Assembly: GCA_003614675.1 (NCBI GenBank)
Contig: ML002340.1
Span: forward strand, 1 to 40,276
Direction of reading: 5' to 3'
Length of the DNA: 40,276 nt
DNA from: Dimargaris cristalligena
Lineage: Eukaryota
The translations under genes and the position numbers were made by a program. The first letter of the stretch is position 1. Each line of letters begins with the position of its first letter. The notes beneath the pieces are model-generated. The model was not told the origin of the DNA and made no database searches. It saw nothing but the letters and a program-made list of their open reading frames with translations. This document shows, in pieces, positions 1 to 11,556 of this stretch.

Positions 1-239
1 TACTTCAGTCTGATCATGAAAACCACCGTGCACGTCTCCGTCACTCAAACACATCTCAGAAACGCACCATCTACGGAGGGCGCCATACTTGTACGATGTG
101 GACCTATGCGGTTCTCTACTGGAAATGCTTCGCCTCAATGGTGGAATGTCGAAGGATAAAAACACGGATGCAGCATCCATCAGAATGGTCGCCTAGCCTT
201 GGGTGATTGTTGTCCCTCTCTCCTCCCCCCCCACTGTAG

Positions 240-293
240 GGCGATCTTGATATAGCGCGTCGGAATATACTCATCGCGACTGGAGCTGATTAA
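240..293 (+). CDS. Possible terminal exon of a gene lying upstream of the window (GDLDIARRNILIATGAD* if phase 0)
   Basis: Strong pyrimidine tract and acceptor (tccctctctcctcccccc...actgtag, AG at 238-239) followed by 17 open codons and TAA at 291-293. No donor or upstream exon was identified and the product was not recognised. Confidence 0.3.
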   Translation, partial: GDLDIARRNILIATGAD

Positions 294-1726
294 ACGACGT
301 GTAAACCTTTACCCGAGGAGTAGAATGGTTCCACCTGGACAATTGGCCCTCTGATTGGGAAGGAGGATAGCGACGGGGGAAACGTGGTGCATATCGGGCT
401 GCGTTACTTGCCGTTGGTATTGTATCAAGGATGAAGGGAGTGCATCAAACCATCACTGGTAACCATGCTAGCGCAGAAAGATATAGACGAAAATAGATAC
501 CACCGATGGGCTACCAATATTCGATTAATAGAAAAAGAAAGTGCCATACAGATAGATATGTAGTACCTTCTACATCTAGAACTGACCCATGGATAAGGCT
601 GGGACGGGGCATGGTAATAATTGAAGGGGAATAGAATAAGGTGTGGGTGTCCTGTCCGCCTTCACCATAAACCCATTGGACTATTCTAAACTTAACCCGG
701 GCTCACAATCACCGTAATGGTGGGACAGTAGCGCGGACAATGGTATCTATGCACCTCGTTAATCCCACCTTACCGCCCTGCCCTATCGCATGACAACCCA
801 GGCATCACCCGCCTGTTCATTGACACCATAAATCTACGTCAAAGGGGCGTATACCGAATAAATTAATTGTCTCAGCAAATACCCTAAACACCCATAATAT
901 ATAATAAGGGCTATTGACCCGATTCAACTAGAATTGCTTACAAACCCCTCACTATTTTTAGCATATTAAAACAATACGACCGGGCCGCGCAATCGCGATA
1001 TAACATAATAAAGCACCTACTCAGCCCACCTGACCGCTGGATGGAACCGCAGTGGAATCGGGAGCAGGCTTATTGGCAAGACTAGTCTTGTTTAAAAAGC
1101 GAAGCGCCCCATTCTTCCATTCTCTTGAGAAACCTATAATTAGAGTGGTGGAATATTCGGTATTTGCAAGAATAATGCGCCATTTAGTAATTCGCCGATT
1201 TCATGTGCCAATTAGTGCCTATTGAGGTCGGGGGTAGGGAGTTAGCTGGTGCCGCTATTCTCTATTATAGGGGAAGCCCCTATTATTGAGGAATATATCG
1301 AATAGGAGTTAGACTTTGAACCAAAATCTAACAATAGGATGCGCGCCTTACATCACAATACCCTCCAAGATGGTTGCTCCATCACCAATCGGCACTTAAA
1401 ATACCAATGAGACAATCATTTGGCCCCCAGAGGGCTACTCGGCCGTTTTCCGGCATGAGCTGCGGCCGAATCTCTGTTATAATGAATGCTTGTTTGAGGC
1501 GTAGGCATGGTATTCACAAAGACCCAAGACAGTTACAATAGTCGCTGTGGCTCGAGAGCATTTTATTCTGGTCCACCATTAGTAAATATCTAGCCATGGG
1601 GTTTTGGTGCCAATCTTCCTTGGCTATAGGGGCAGCTGAACAATAATATAATATACAATCTATGACATCGAAGAGACAAGATGTGGAACTTGAAAAGCGG
1701 CAAGGCTCTCACCCCCCTCCATCATA

Positions 1727-4700
1727 TTATGCGGGCAGTCCAAATTCCCTGGTAGTTTGAAGCGAAATAACAATTTCGGGGGTTATTTGTTTGGCCATAG
1801 GTGGTCGGCTTTCCACCACGACCTACAGATGGTTTAAGTAAGGGAATACATGAATTGGTTAATGTGGGACTAATGCATTAGGCAAGCGAGGGGTGCTATA
1901 CAACAGGTGCGAGCTCGGGGTTGGGGGGCCTGGAAACTTTTGATGCCTACTGCCGGACAGGGTACAAACTAATACATATGACATATGCTGGCCCTGGAGT
2001 AATATGGCTCCACATGATGATAGTATATAGATATGAATATGGACGTATAACTTACCTCGATGGGGGTAAAGCGAAATATATGATGAAACTCCGACTGGAT
2101 GAGGTTCCATTCCGGTGCTAATAAGATAAAGTTACTGAGGTAACACCCCACCAGGGTGGCACTGGCGTTTGGTGAACTCGGCTGGTCCGTAAGGTGCTGG
2201 GCCAGGCATTGGTCATAAAATTGGGCTACAGGGTCGGGTTTATCAATATCCATAGAACATGATCCCGGCGTGTCTGGTGACACAACTGGCGTGGTACAGT
2301 TAGGTAGGCCGACTGCAAAATTACTGTACAGTTGCCGGAGGACGTGGAAATGTGCGGTATCTAACCGGGGGTCTGCCGACCCCACATTTCCCGAACCGGC
2401 TATATTCTTTTCGTGGAGCGGCTTAGCCCGGTAGACGAATTCCCACAGGTCGGCGACGGTCAGAGACCATTGGAACTGGGCTGCCTGTTCGAGGCACCGC
2501 CGGAGTCGACCATGCCGGACCCGAGCCCAAGTACAGTACCATTCGTAATCCCCTTCCATGTCAAAAAATACCGCGGGTAAAATGCGCTCATCCAATTGAC
2601 CGAATTTAATCAAAAAACGCAGCCATAAAAGGCCCACCTGATCACCGGCCGGTATCCCAGGCAGGCCACGCGTGGGGGTAAGACACGTCAGCCAGGCCCG
2701 GAATAGGGCGAGGGGGGTATCGTGAGTTTCGCTTCGGCCCCCCGTTTCTATGGATAGGCGCACATGGGCAGCCCCCGTCGGTAGCCGGCAATGGGTAATG
2801 TAGGCTATGGGTACAGTGCGGCGTGTCGGTGTTCGTGACATTACTGTGAGCTGGGCCGGCGGCGGTTGGTGGAAGGGGACTGGGGGAACGGAGGGAGGTG
2901 GAGTGTATCCCGTCGCCGGGGTAAATGACCCATTTAGAGAGTCAGTGACAGACCGGATAAAACGCAGAGTCCGAAGATGCCGGGAGCGCCAAGTCTCCAG
3001 CTGGCGGTAGCGCTGCTGAAGTGAAGGGATATCCCAAGCAGTAACATAAGTGGAGCACCGGTCAAACGTAAATATGGCCATTTCACCTGTTCCGTCCCGG
3101 CCTTGGTAGGTCAGTTGACGAATTCCAATTATCATTCCTTCGTGGGCTTCAAATTTCGGAAGTACGGGAATTCGGTGCTGAATCACACCCATTAGGTCCG
3201 ATTGGTCAGCCACCACAATCTCGGGTTCCTTGACCGTTAGCTGACGTGGATGGGGGAGGACCTTCACTACGATAGCCACCAGGTTGACAGCCGACCCCCG
3301 GGCCAAGGGTACGCACTGCTCCAGTCCGCTGCACCATTCCAATGGGGCGGCCGGTGGAACAACGTCTCGTGAAGTCATAGGAGACGGGGCACCGACCGGT
3401 CGGACCGGCTTGGGTGGACAGGACTGGGTAATGACCGGGTCCATGATTCGCTGACCGATGGGCGTTTGGGTGGCGGTCAAAAACGCGTAAGGGGGCGGGG
3501 CAATTGGATCCAGACCCATCTGTAAGAGTGGCACCGTGCGCGAGTCGGGGGGCTTCTTATGCCTAGACTGGCCATTATACGGGGGCAGGGGCTGGCTATT
3601 CGTCGTCGAGGAAATGATTACAGGCAGTTCTTTCCAGGATGTGGACCGACTGGCCGACAGTTGAACCTTCACTTCCGGGGACACAAAGGTACTGGGTTTA
3701 GCAGTTGGAAGTAAGTTATAAATCTGATAGCGGTGGTTTTCGTGTAGCTGGTGGAAGTGGGTTTGGTCAAATCCCCAAAGGGTGATGACCGCCTGGGTCA
3801 AAGACCGAGGTCGACTGTCGCAGACTATGATCTTGAAAAACGGCCGTGATTTACGCTCAACCACCTGATCCATAAGCGCGTCCTGGATACTGCGACTGCG
3901 TTCTTCCTGCAGGGTTTGCATATACTGCTGGAGGGTATCGTTTTGCTCGGCCGTTAAACTGGTACTGAACGATGGGTCGGCGGTGGTCCGGAATATTGCA
4001 TAAAGCTCCTCGCCCGATTCCAGTTGCGCCGTGGGCTTAGTGAGCCTGGGTTGTTTGGCGAGGGCTTCGTCCTCCTTTTCATGGTCGAGGTTAATTTGTT
4101 GAATAAGACGACTGGATTCTACCTCGCGGTTACTCTATATACACGTATAAGAACAGGTAGGCGGACAGATGGAGTATAAATAGAAGTAGGGGTTGGGGTT
4201 GGGCGGGGTTAGTGTATATTCTGGGAGGTAAGGGTGATGATTGCTTAGGCAGTTAATATATTTAATAGAAAAGGGTCAGTGAGGTAAAATCCAGGGGGGG
4301 GACAACTTACCTCAAATACTTTCTGTAATTTCTCCTCTTCCTCCGCCGTCCGTACAGCATTGGAACCATCCGGCATGGCTTCCATATAGCTGATGGGAAG
4401 TTTGCGCTGAATAACAACGTCCACCAGAGCAGTATTCCCTCCCTTCGGGTCGACGGTATCGACGGATACGCTTAACTGGCGCCGGTGGAACCCCAACCGG
4501 GCATCCCACGGGGCTATTCGGACCGAATTGGCCGCGAGGCCAAGGGTCAGGCTATCGGGGGCCTCCAAAGGAGCGTATCCTTCTTTGGGGCCGAAAAGTT
4601 TAGACCCCATTATGGCCAGTTTGGACCCAATTCGGATTTTTCCTCGCTCGTGGGCCCGTTGGAGCACTTCATCAACATGGGCCGGTAGTTGATACCAACC

Positions 4701-6505
4701 GTCAGATAGAAGCCACCGGACTGGGGGGGGGCGGGTGCACTGGTCGAGGGAGCGCCAGGTGGTGGTGGGCTCGGGGGCGTTTGAGTATGGGAGTCTGGCG
4801 ACGTGGATACGACTACCAGGACCATGAATTTTTGGGGGGTATCGTCGCGTTCGATAATACGCCGAAGAGCCGATCGATGACCTTCGCTAAACTCCCAGCG
4901 GTAACGTATAATTAACTGATGAATCACGGTATCGTATGAGGACCACTGTTGAACCAACTGTAGGATCTGATTAGGGGCAAGGGAAACCGACTTACTTTGA
5001 TCAGAAAGACAAGAATCGGCGGGTGGGGTCATGACTAGCCGGGTAAAATAACGGGCCAAGCCAGAAAATTTCCAAACAATTAAGTGGTAGTGGTTTTTAA
5101 TCCAGGGCAGCGTTACAACCTGTGGGGAACATCCGCAACTAATCAGCTCGGCCTGAAGTTCAATAAGCCTGGCTTCCCCAGAGGCATTGGCTAGTGGGGG
5201 CGATGGAGTTGATGCAGTAATTCTGGGATAAGTATAGCTGAGCACAGTGGCATAACTTAAATGAAGAAATTGGGTGGGAATTTGGGGCCAATGATGGCGA
5301 AGTTCGGCAGAATGGTATTGACAGGCCCTTCGAAGTTCCGAATAGTTAACCCGGTTGATATCGCCAGCGAATAATTGGCTAACCGTCTGCCTCTGAGAGG
5401 GCCGAGTCCGAGAATCGGAACGGGGGTTAACTGTCGACGGCGTGGGTTGGGGGGCAAATACGTCATCCGACTTGGGTCTCGTTAAGCTATCCGTTGCTTT
5501 AATGGGGGTAGTGTGACCCGGGATTTTGGAGGGCATTTTGAATGGCTTGGGCCGGGGTCGATTGAATTTGGCCAGCGGATTGGGGCTCGGGGACGATACG
5601 GACTCGATGTGATTGATTAGAGGGGAGGCAAAGGACGAACCGGGCGAACTGGCCCGAATGCCGGGTACGGTCCGGGTCGGCGTAACCAACATCGGTTTCA
5701 CGGCGGGGGTTTTGAAAGGTGAGGCGAAGCGGCGAGATCCTCCCAAGGTGCGTCTAATGGGAAGTGGGGTAGGGGCGACCCGGCCGTCGGAAGATCCACT
5801 GGCTTTACCATGCGGGGCAAGGGACTGATCAGTGGAGGCGGGTGATTTTAATGATTCATCAGTGCCAGTGGCGGGCGGGGTTGGAGGCGGGAGTGCTGCG
5901 GGTTGTGGTGTCACTACGGTCGGGTCGGCGAGCGTCGGTGGAGGTGACACTGATGCTAATGCTAATGCTATTGCATGGCTGTTTGGTAACGTCAAGTCGG
6001 CTGTTTTGGGTTTGACCGAGCGTGCGAATGGGGTGGCAGCGGGAGTCGTCCGCTTTTTCGAGAGAGAGGGGTCGGCTAAGGGTGACGACGGTGCGCCTCG
6101 ATTAAGCGAACTCGATTGAAAGCCCCCAAACTGCCGCAGGGTCGACAACAGGTGCTCGTCTTGAAAGTCGGCGTCGGCTGGGTCTGTGACTATTAAAGAG
6201 GCGGGTGGGGGGACTGCGGAAACCAATGGTACTGTCGTAAGCACGTCCCGGGGGGGCGGCGGGTCCGAGAGGCCGTAGAGGAGAGGGTCCACGGGCGGCT
6301 TGGGCTTGGGCTTGGGCTCGGGTTCGGGTTCGGGTTCGGGTAGGGGAGAGGGTGGTGGCGGAGGTAGGTCAAGCAGCTTTTCGGCTCGTTTGAGCGCCTC
6401 GGTCGACAGGGGTTTAAGCGCCTGGCCCCGGCCGGTGGCAAACCCACCCAGCTGGGTCAGAGAGTTCAAATCAGGGGCGGCCGGGGGCGTGGGGGGATCC
6501 GCCAT
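1727..6505 (-). CDS. BRCA2: BRCA2/Brh2-like homologous recombination mediator (~1456 aa if one frameshift is corrected)
   Basis: Exons 6505-4311 (frameshift at 4723-4731), 4134-2056 and 1822-1727. Donors are GTAAGT at 4310 and 2055, with TAG acceptors. Motifs: BRC repeat GFATGRGQALKPLSTEALKRAEKLL; helical domain WIKNHYHLIVWK; OB1 YRWEFSEGHRSALRRIIERDD..MVLVV / LSDGWY..GKIRIGSKL..LAANSVRIAPWDARLGF; OB2 GGNTALVDVVIQRKLPISYME..PFFKIIV..ITLW..ENHRYQIYNL. Start taken at ATG 6505; an in-frame ATG also exists at 6826. The last exon is less certain. Confidence 0.88.
6297..6340. repeat. Hexanucleotide tandem repeat (GGCTTG/GGTTCG units) encoding PEPEPEPEPKPKPKP in BRCA2
   Basis: Read directly from the sequence, just after the BRC repeat. 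Confidence 0.85.
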
Positions 6506-7494
6506 ACGTCGGACCGAAGAAACTGCGGAGTATGGGAGGGGGGAACTGGCGATGGCGGTAGACGGGAGCAGTAGGGCTTGTGGTTGGCTTTGTAGTAAAG
6601 AATGGGGGGTGAATATATAAGAGCAGTACAGAGGGAAGGAAAGCGGTTCGAAAGGAATAGTTGCTACAAGTATGGGGGAGGGACTCTGGGCAACCACCAA
6701 TGGGGATAAAAGGCATTCATTCCACATGTGAGGAACATTCACGCATTCTATCTGACTGGTTGCATTTAGGTTCTTTGCCCCTCTTGGTAAACACCGGTTA
6801 TTGGAATTGGACCTAACGTCAGCCATAGTGAACAGAGCTGCTGCGCCTTTCTGATTCTGGCATTTCGTCCACTCTTTCTCCCCTTTGCTTTTCTGTAATG
6901 CTAGTGATATGACATGTGTATGTATGTGTGTTGTTTACATTCAGCTTACTTTAATCTCCAAGGACTGTCACGTGATAAGTGGGGCGGCCGAAGTCTCTCT
7001 ATCTGGTTATTTAATTTAACCGGTCCACCAGGCAACGTACACTCACTTCTACTTAGCCAACTCGAAGCAAAGCCCCATTATGACACTCCCACACTGACAA
7101 ATATATACACATATACGATGGCATATATTATAAAAGATTGTCCATATCCCGACTTCCGCTCGCACTATGAGTACTGAAGGTCCCAGTTTCAACCCTTATC
7201 GGCCCATTCTTCCCTAAGCTGCCAAGCTTCGTCGCCTGCTTTTACTCGTCTTCGCATTGAAACCACAGGCCCCAACTTCACCTTTTCTCTATCATAGGGT
7301 CTAAGCATTCCTAGGCCCTTCGTCTACTTGCCCCGTACTCTTCGTCTTCTCCTCATTTTCCTTAGTCTGAATTCAAGAAACCCCTGTCCATCATCGAGAG
7401 CGGCGCTTTGTTCCCAGCTCCAGAGCTCACCCCCTTTGCCGCCGGCCTCCGCATTGCGCCGTCCTAACCTACCTGCGGCTGCAGACTCCACCCC

Positions 7495-9938
7495 ATGTCC
7501 GTACGCACCTATGCCCTCGTGACCGCCATCCTGAGTATTTTTGTGGTCCCGCGTTTGCTGGAGCTGCTCAGCGAATCCCCCACAGGTATTGAAAGACTCC
7601 CCCCCTCTCGACTAACAACCCCCTCCTTATGTTTGGCCCGAGCCCCGCCACTACTTGCAACCGCTCTGGCACCAAACATCGAAGGAATCGCACCGGCTAA
7701 TACGAATTATATTACTTTATCCCCCCTTATTTCGTATTTAATCCCCGGTTATAATTTTTATTTTGACTCGCCCCTCCCCTAGACGATGTATACCGATCCA
7801 GCTTCTATTCGCCGAACCCACTCTCCGCCGAAGGGACTTGGCAGCTCGCCAATCACCGCCCGACGATAACCTCCCGATTGTCGTTCAAACAAACCCAACT
7901 GTTTCCCTATACCCGCGATTCATGGTTTTGGCGCACCGTCCATTTGCTGGCCCAACTATTCACCACCAGCCGCTGGCATTTTGCCATTTGCCTCAATTCA
8001 TTGCTATGTCTTTTGGCTATTCTGGGCCGGGTCATTGAAGTGTCTTTCTTTGATAAACTAAAAACCCGGGAGTATCAGGTAAATGGTGGTGCACAATGTA
8101 CGATGTACAGTCCAGGTTACCCCTGGCTACTGGCTGGGCGGGGTGATTCAGCCTGACCATATCCTTCTGATCAGTCCGCACGACACTTTTACATGGCTCG
8201 TATTCGCTCCCCTCGCCACTGGATTGCCCGGGCACGATTCGCTTGCACGTGAAAGTGTTTACTTTTAAGGGATAACCGCCACAATCTACCTTTATCACTA
8301 CTATGCCCTAGGACTGCCACGGCACGTCCGCTACTAACCAACCCCCCAATCGGACATTTTACCCCAATCATACATCCCCTGCCATTATACCACTATCCTC
8401 AGCATCTTTACGAGCATATCCTCAACTTCTTCCTATTCAAGCTGTTTTTCATTATGGTAGTGGTACAGCCTGAATGGGAGGAGTCGGTGGTGTGGATCCT
8501 GCTGTATATTTTCTACGGCTTCCTTAGCTTGTTCAGCCTGCTGTGCCGCGATCGCCACGAAATGCTCTTGGCGGCCGCCGAGTATCGGGTCAAGGATCAC
8601 ATTCGTATCGCAATACTACTTGGTGTGATTTGTATTTTAGATGCCATGATGCTAATCACGTGCTTCTTGACCCTCAAGGACCTGTTCATCTTTCTTTCAT
8701 TTGAGGTAAGGCTATTGCTTACTGCCTATTAGTATACTCGAGGCCTTTACACTGGCGCATTATGGAGCCATTTAATCCGGCTGGGATACTCAAGAAAAAT
8801 GTTTTCCTAGCCCTCACTGCTTACTAACCCAACCTCCTACTTTGAACCACGCGATACGAATGTTGGATATTCACCACCACCACCGCTTCATGTCGAACCA
8901 GCCCTCCATCATCCTAATCGAAACACTGCAAACCCTAATTCGTTACGTCGGGAACGTCCTTGAGATTGTCGGGATCAGCCAAAATGAACTATACTCGGAT
9001 ATTCTGACCTACATTGACTTCGGTGCTGATATTCTAGTCATCCTGGTATCCATGAGCTATTACGTACATATTCTGGTAAGACTCGGCTCTATTTAAGGCG
9101 GCTAGTTTATTGAGGTTCGACCGGCGGGGTTTGAACAAGCTGCCCTTTAAAACTCGCTTTAACCATCGCCTGCCTGAATCTATTCCTCTTGTTTGTCATG
9201 CCTCACCACCCCTTGCCTGGGGATACCCAATAGATGTTACAAGGCATATCTTTTAATTTGATCGTCTTCGTCGTGCTACTAAATATCCGCAGCGGTATTG
9301 TAAACCTGCATAGTAAGATTAAGCGGTTTAGCCAGCGCCGAGAGAGCGAAGACTCTATAAATAATAGGTATGTAATTGAAATACCCCACCATTCGTACCC
9401 CTCTCAGCCATATATGGACTTACTACCCACCACGGGTCTGTCATTATTTATACAGTAGTGTGCTAACCGATTGCCATCCCATCTGCACTAATCTATGGTC
9501 ATGATAGACTCAAGGACGCTACCCCAGACGACCTGAAAAAATTAGAAGACAGCTGCGTCATTTGCCGGGAACCAATGCTGAAAGCGAAGAAAATGCCCTG
9601 TGGCCACATTTTCCATAGGTAAACACCACCTCGGCAGATTTGGCCTTAGAGTAGGGTTATAATGCACTACAGACCAGCCTGCAGGCCTCTGTATCAGGCA
9701 TTTTATGACTGAGCATAACCTACCATTTGATTATGCTACAATTTAATCTACGGTTACTACTAAGCCCATTTACTTACACGACCTGCTATATACTCGATAT
9801 TTTCCAACTATGGTTATCAGGGCTTGCCTTCGGTCGTGGATTAGATATCACCCATCCTGCCCCACCTGCCGCGTTCCGCTAAACTCCCATACATCAACAT
9901 CGCAGCGTGACCCATCAACATCATCTACCGCATATTGA
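7495..9938 (+). CDS. Multi-pass membrane RING-H2 E3 ubiquitin ligase, HRD1/gp78(AMFR) family
   Basis: Seven exons with phase-compatible GT-AG introns: 7495-7585, 7783-8078, 8403-8705, 8902-9075, 9234-9367, 9508-9618, 9821-9938. The TM region FFDKLKTREYQHLYEHILNFFLFKLFFIM..EESVVWILLY..LCRDRHEML resembles gp78. The RING-H2 reads CVICREPMLKAKKMPCGHIFHRACLRSWIRYHPSCPTCR; its exons are absent from the ORF track. Confidence 0.88.
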
Positions 9939-10284
9939 CTCTAAGCCACTCGTCTCTAGCGTGGCCAGTATTATGAAAGTGCATCAACTACTCAACCCCC
10001 CTATACCCTTTACTAAAATGACATACCTTAGTTGCGAATCCCAACATTCATATCCAACGAACTTATCTAGTACTAGACTATTTGTTTTTTAATGCTCAAC
10101 TATAACGGCCCCCGGCCTTGCACTGATATTTTATTCGAATAATGCTACCCGCAAGGCCCCAACGAAATATACAATTGCGGGCCACTCTACGGTACCCTGT
10201 GAGATAGATTTCCGAAATAGCTACATATGTTTGGCATCAATCTAACTCCCCGAAATAAATCCTTTATCGACGAAATAAAACTGG

Positions 10285-10824
10285 CTACGACTGGTAGCAG
10301 GGCAGTCCCTTGATGTAATTGTTGAGCACCGCTCGGAAATAGTCGTTGGAAATTGGGTACGACAGCTTAGGGTCATGTGGTAGTAGAGCGTTCTTTACCA
10401 CGTATTCAATGTAAATATGGTAGTATATCTGCTTAAGTACGTCCCGGAGCGAAGGTACGGTGGGGTCGGACAGCATGACAAACTTAAGCCCGCTGGCCGT
10501 TTCAAAGTAATGAAGTTTGTAGGTATTGGTGCGGTAACTCAAGAAACCATCGCTTTCCTTGGTATGGCTGAGTTTAGAGACCATGTTGCGAAGCGAAAAG
10601 ACGACACCGTAGACCAGTTTGGTTTCGTCGGGCATGGCCAGGTCCCGAGCATCCGTTGGCATACCCGCGACCGCGGCAGTAGGCCAGACGTAGGGGGCGG
10701 TGGCCTCGTGGAGGGATGAGGAATCAGTTTGGGCCCGAGAGCCTGCTGTGGTCCGGTTACGGTTCCACTCGGTGTAGAAGATGCACTGACAGTGCCGGTC
10801 GAAAATGTACAGGTTGTAAATCAT
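10285..10824 (-). CDS. BET5: TRAPP complex subunit Bet5/TRAPPC1 (sybindin-like), 179 aa, intronless
   Basis: MIYNLYIFDRHCQCIFYTEW..KLVYGVVFSLRNMVSKLS..FLSYRTNTYKLHYFETASGLKFVMLSDP..IYIEYVVKNAL; ATG at 10824. Confidence 0.93.
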   Translation of the reverse strand: MIYNLYIFDRHCQCIFYTEWNRNRTTAGSRAQTDSSSLHEATAPYVWPTAAVAGMPTDARDLAMPDETKLVYGVVFSLRNMVSKLSHTKESDGFLSYRTNTYKLHYFETASGLKFVMLSDPTVPSLRDVLKQIYYHIYIEYVVKNALLPHDPKLSYPISNDYFRAVLNNYIKGLPCYQS

Positions 10825-11556
10825 GGTGTCTAGAAAGTCAGTACCGTTCCAGGGGATGAGAGACGATGCAGGCTCACAAGGATGTGGGGGGATGGAGGTG
10901 GCAAGTAGGGAACTGGTATATTTACTGAAGGGGAAAGGGACGGGAAAGTGAGAGAGAAAGGGAGTTACACTCAAGGCATTCGTGAGGAAATGGGGCACTT
11001 GAAGCGGAGCTGGACTGACTGTACACTTGTGTGTCCATTTCCTACCCACACCATGGTAATGTAAGTTAAGTTACCCGGACTATTGTACCAGATAGAGCGT
11101 GTTTAGAGAGTGCGGAAATCCCCCCCTCCCGGTTCTATTAAAGTATATTTACTCTATCGCAGGACCCATGGCCCGTTCGTTTATTAAATAGGCAATGGTC
11201 CGATCGATATGATTTAACAGGGTAAGTTCAGTAAAATAGGTATACTAGTCCAAAATGAAAATGAAAATGAAGATAAAAGAGGTAAGTGAGACCTGGGTCT
11301 GCGTGGCGGAGGAAGTTAGGTAGTATATACATGTATTTTGGGGATCCATGTTGTTCGATTGAGATGACTGAAAATATGGGAAAGAGTTAGGTGATAGAGA
11401 CGTATCTACTATAGCTAAGCGACCGGATGCAATTGATTATCATTAAATTGGCATACAGGTCAGAGTAGATTGGGAATAGCCAGAGTTGGAATGGTAATAA
11501 ATAACCCACTAGAATAAAAATAGATGTGATGATATAAACGGCCAATTTCGGGGGGT

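Noticed and set aside
1077-1090. 14-bp perfect palindrome CAAGACTAGTCTTG
   Set aside because: About two palindromes of this length are expected by chance in 40 kb.
6506-6826. 107-aa in-frame N-terminal extension of BRCA2 (similar extensions on BET5, YHM2, FLX1 and the F-box gene)
   Set aside because: The sequence is pyrimidine-rich and promoter/5' UTR-like, several ORF-track starts are non-ATG, and homology begins at the downstream ATG.
9096-9144. GGTTCGA (tRNA T-loop-like) inside a hairpin in intron 4 of the E3 gene
   Set aside because: No cloverleaf, D-arm or anticodon arm can be built; it is a simple intronic hairpin.
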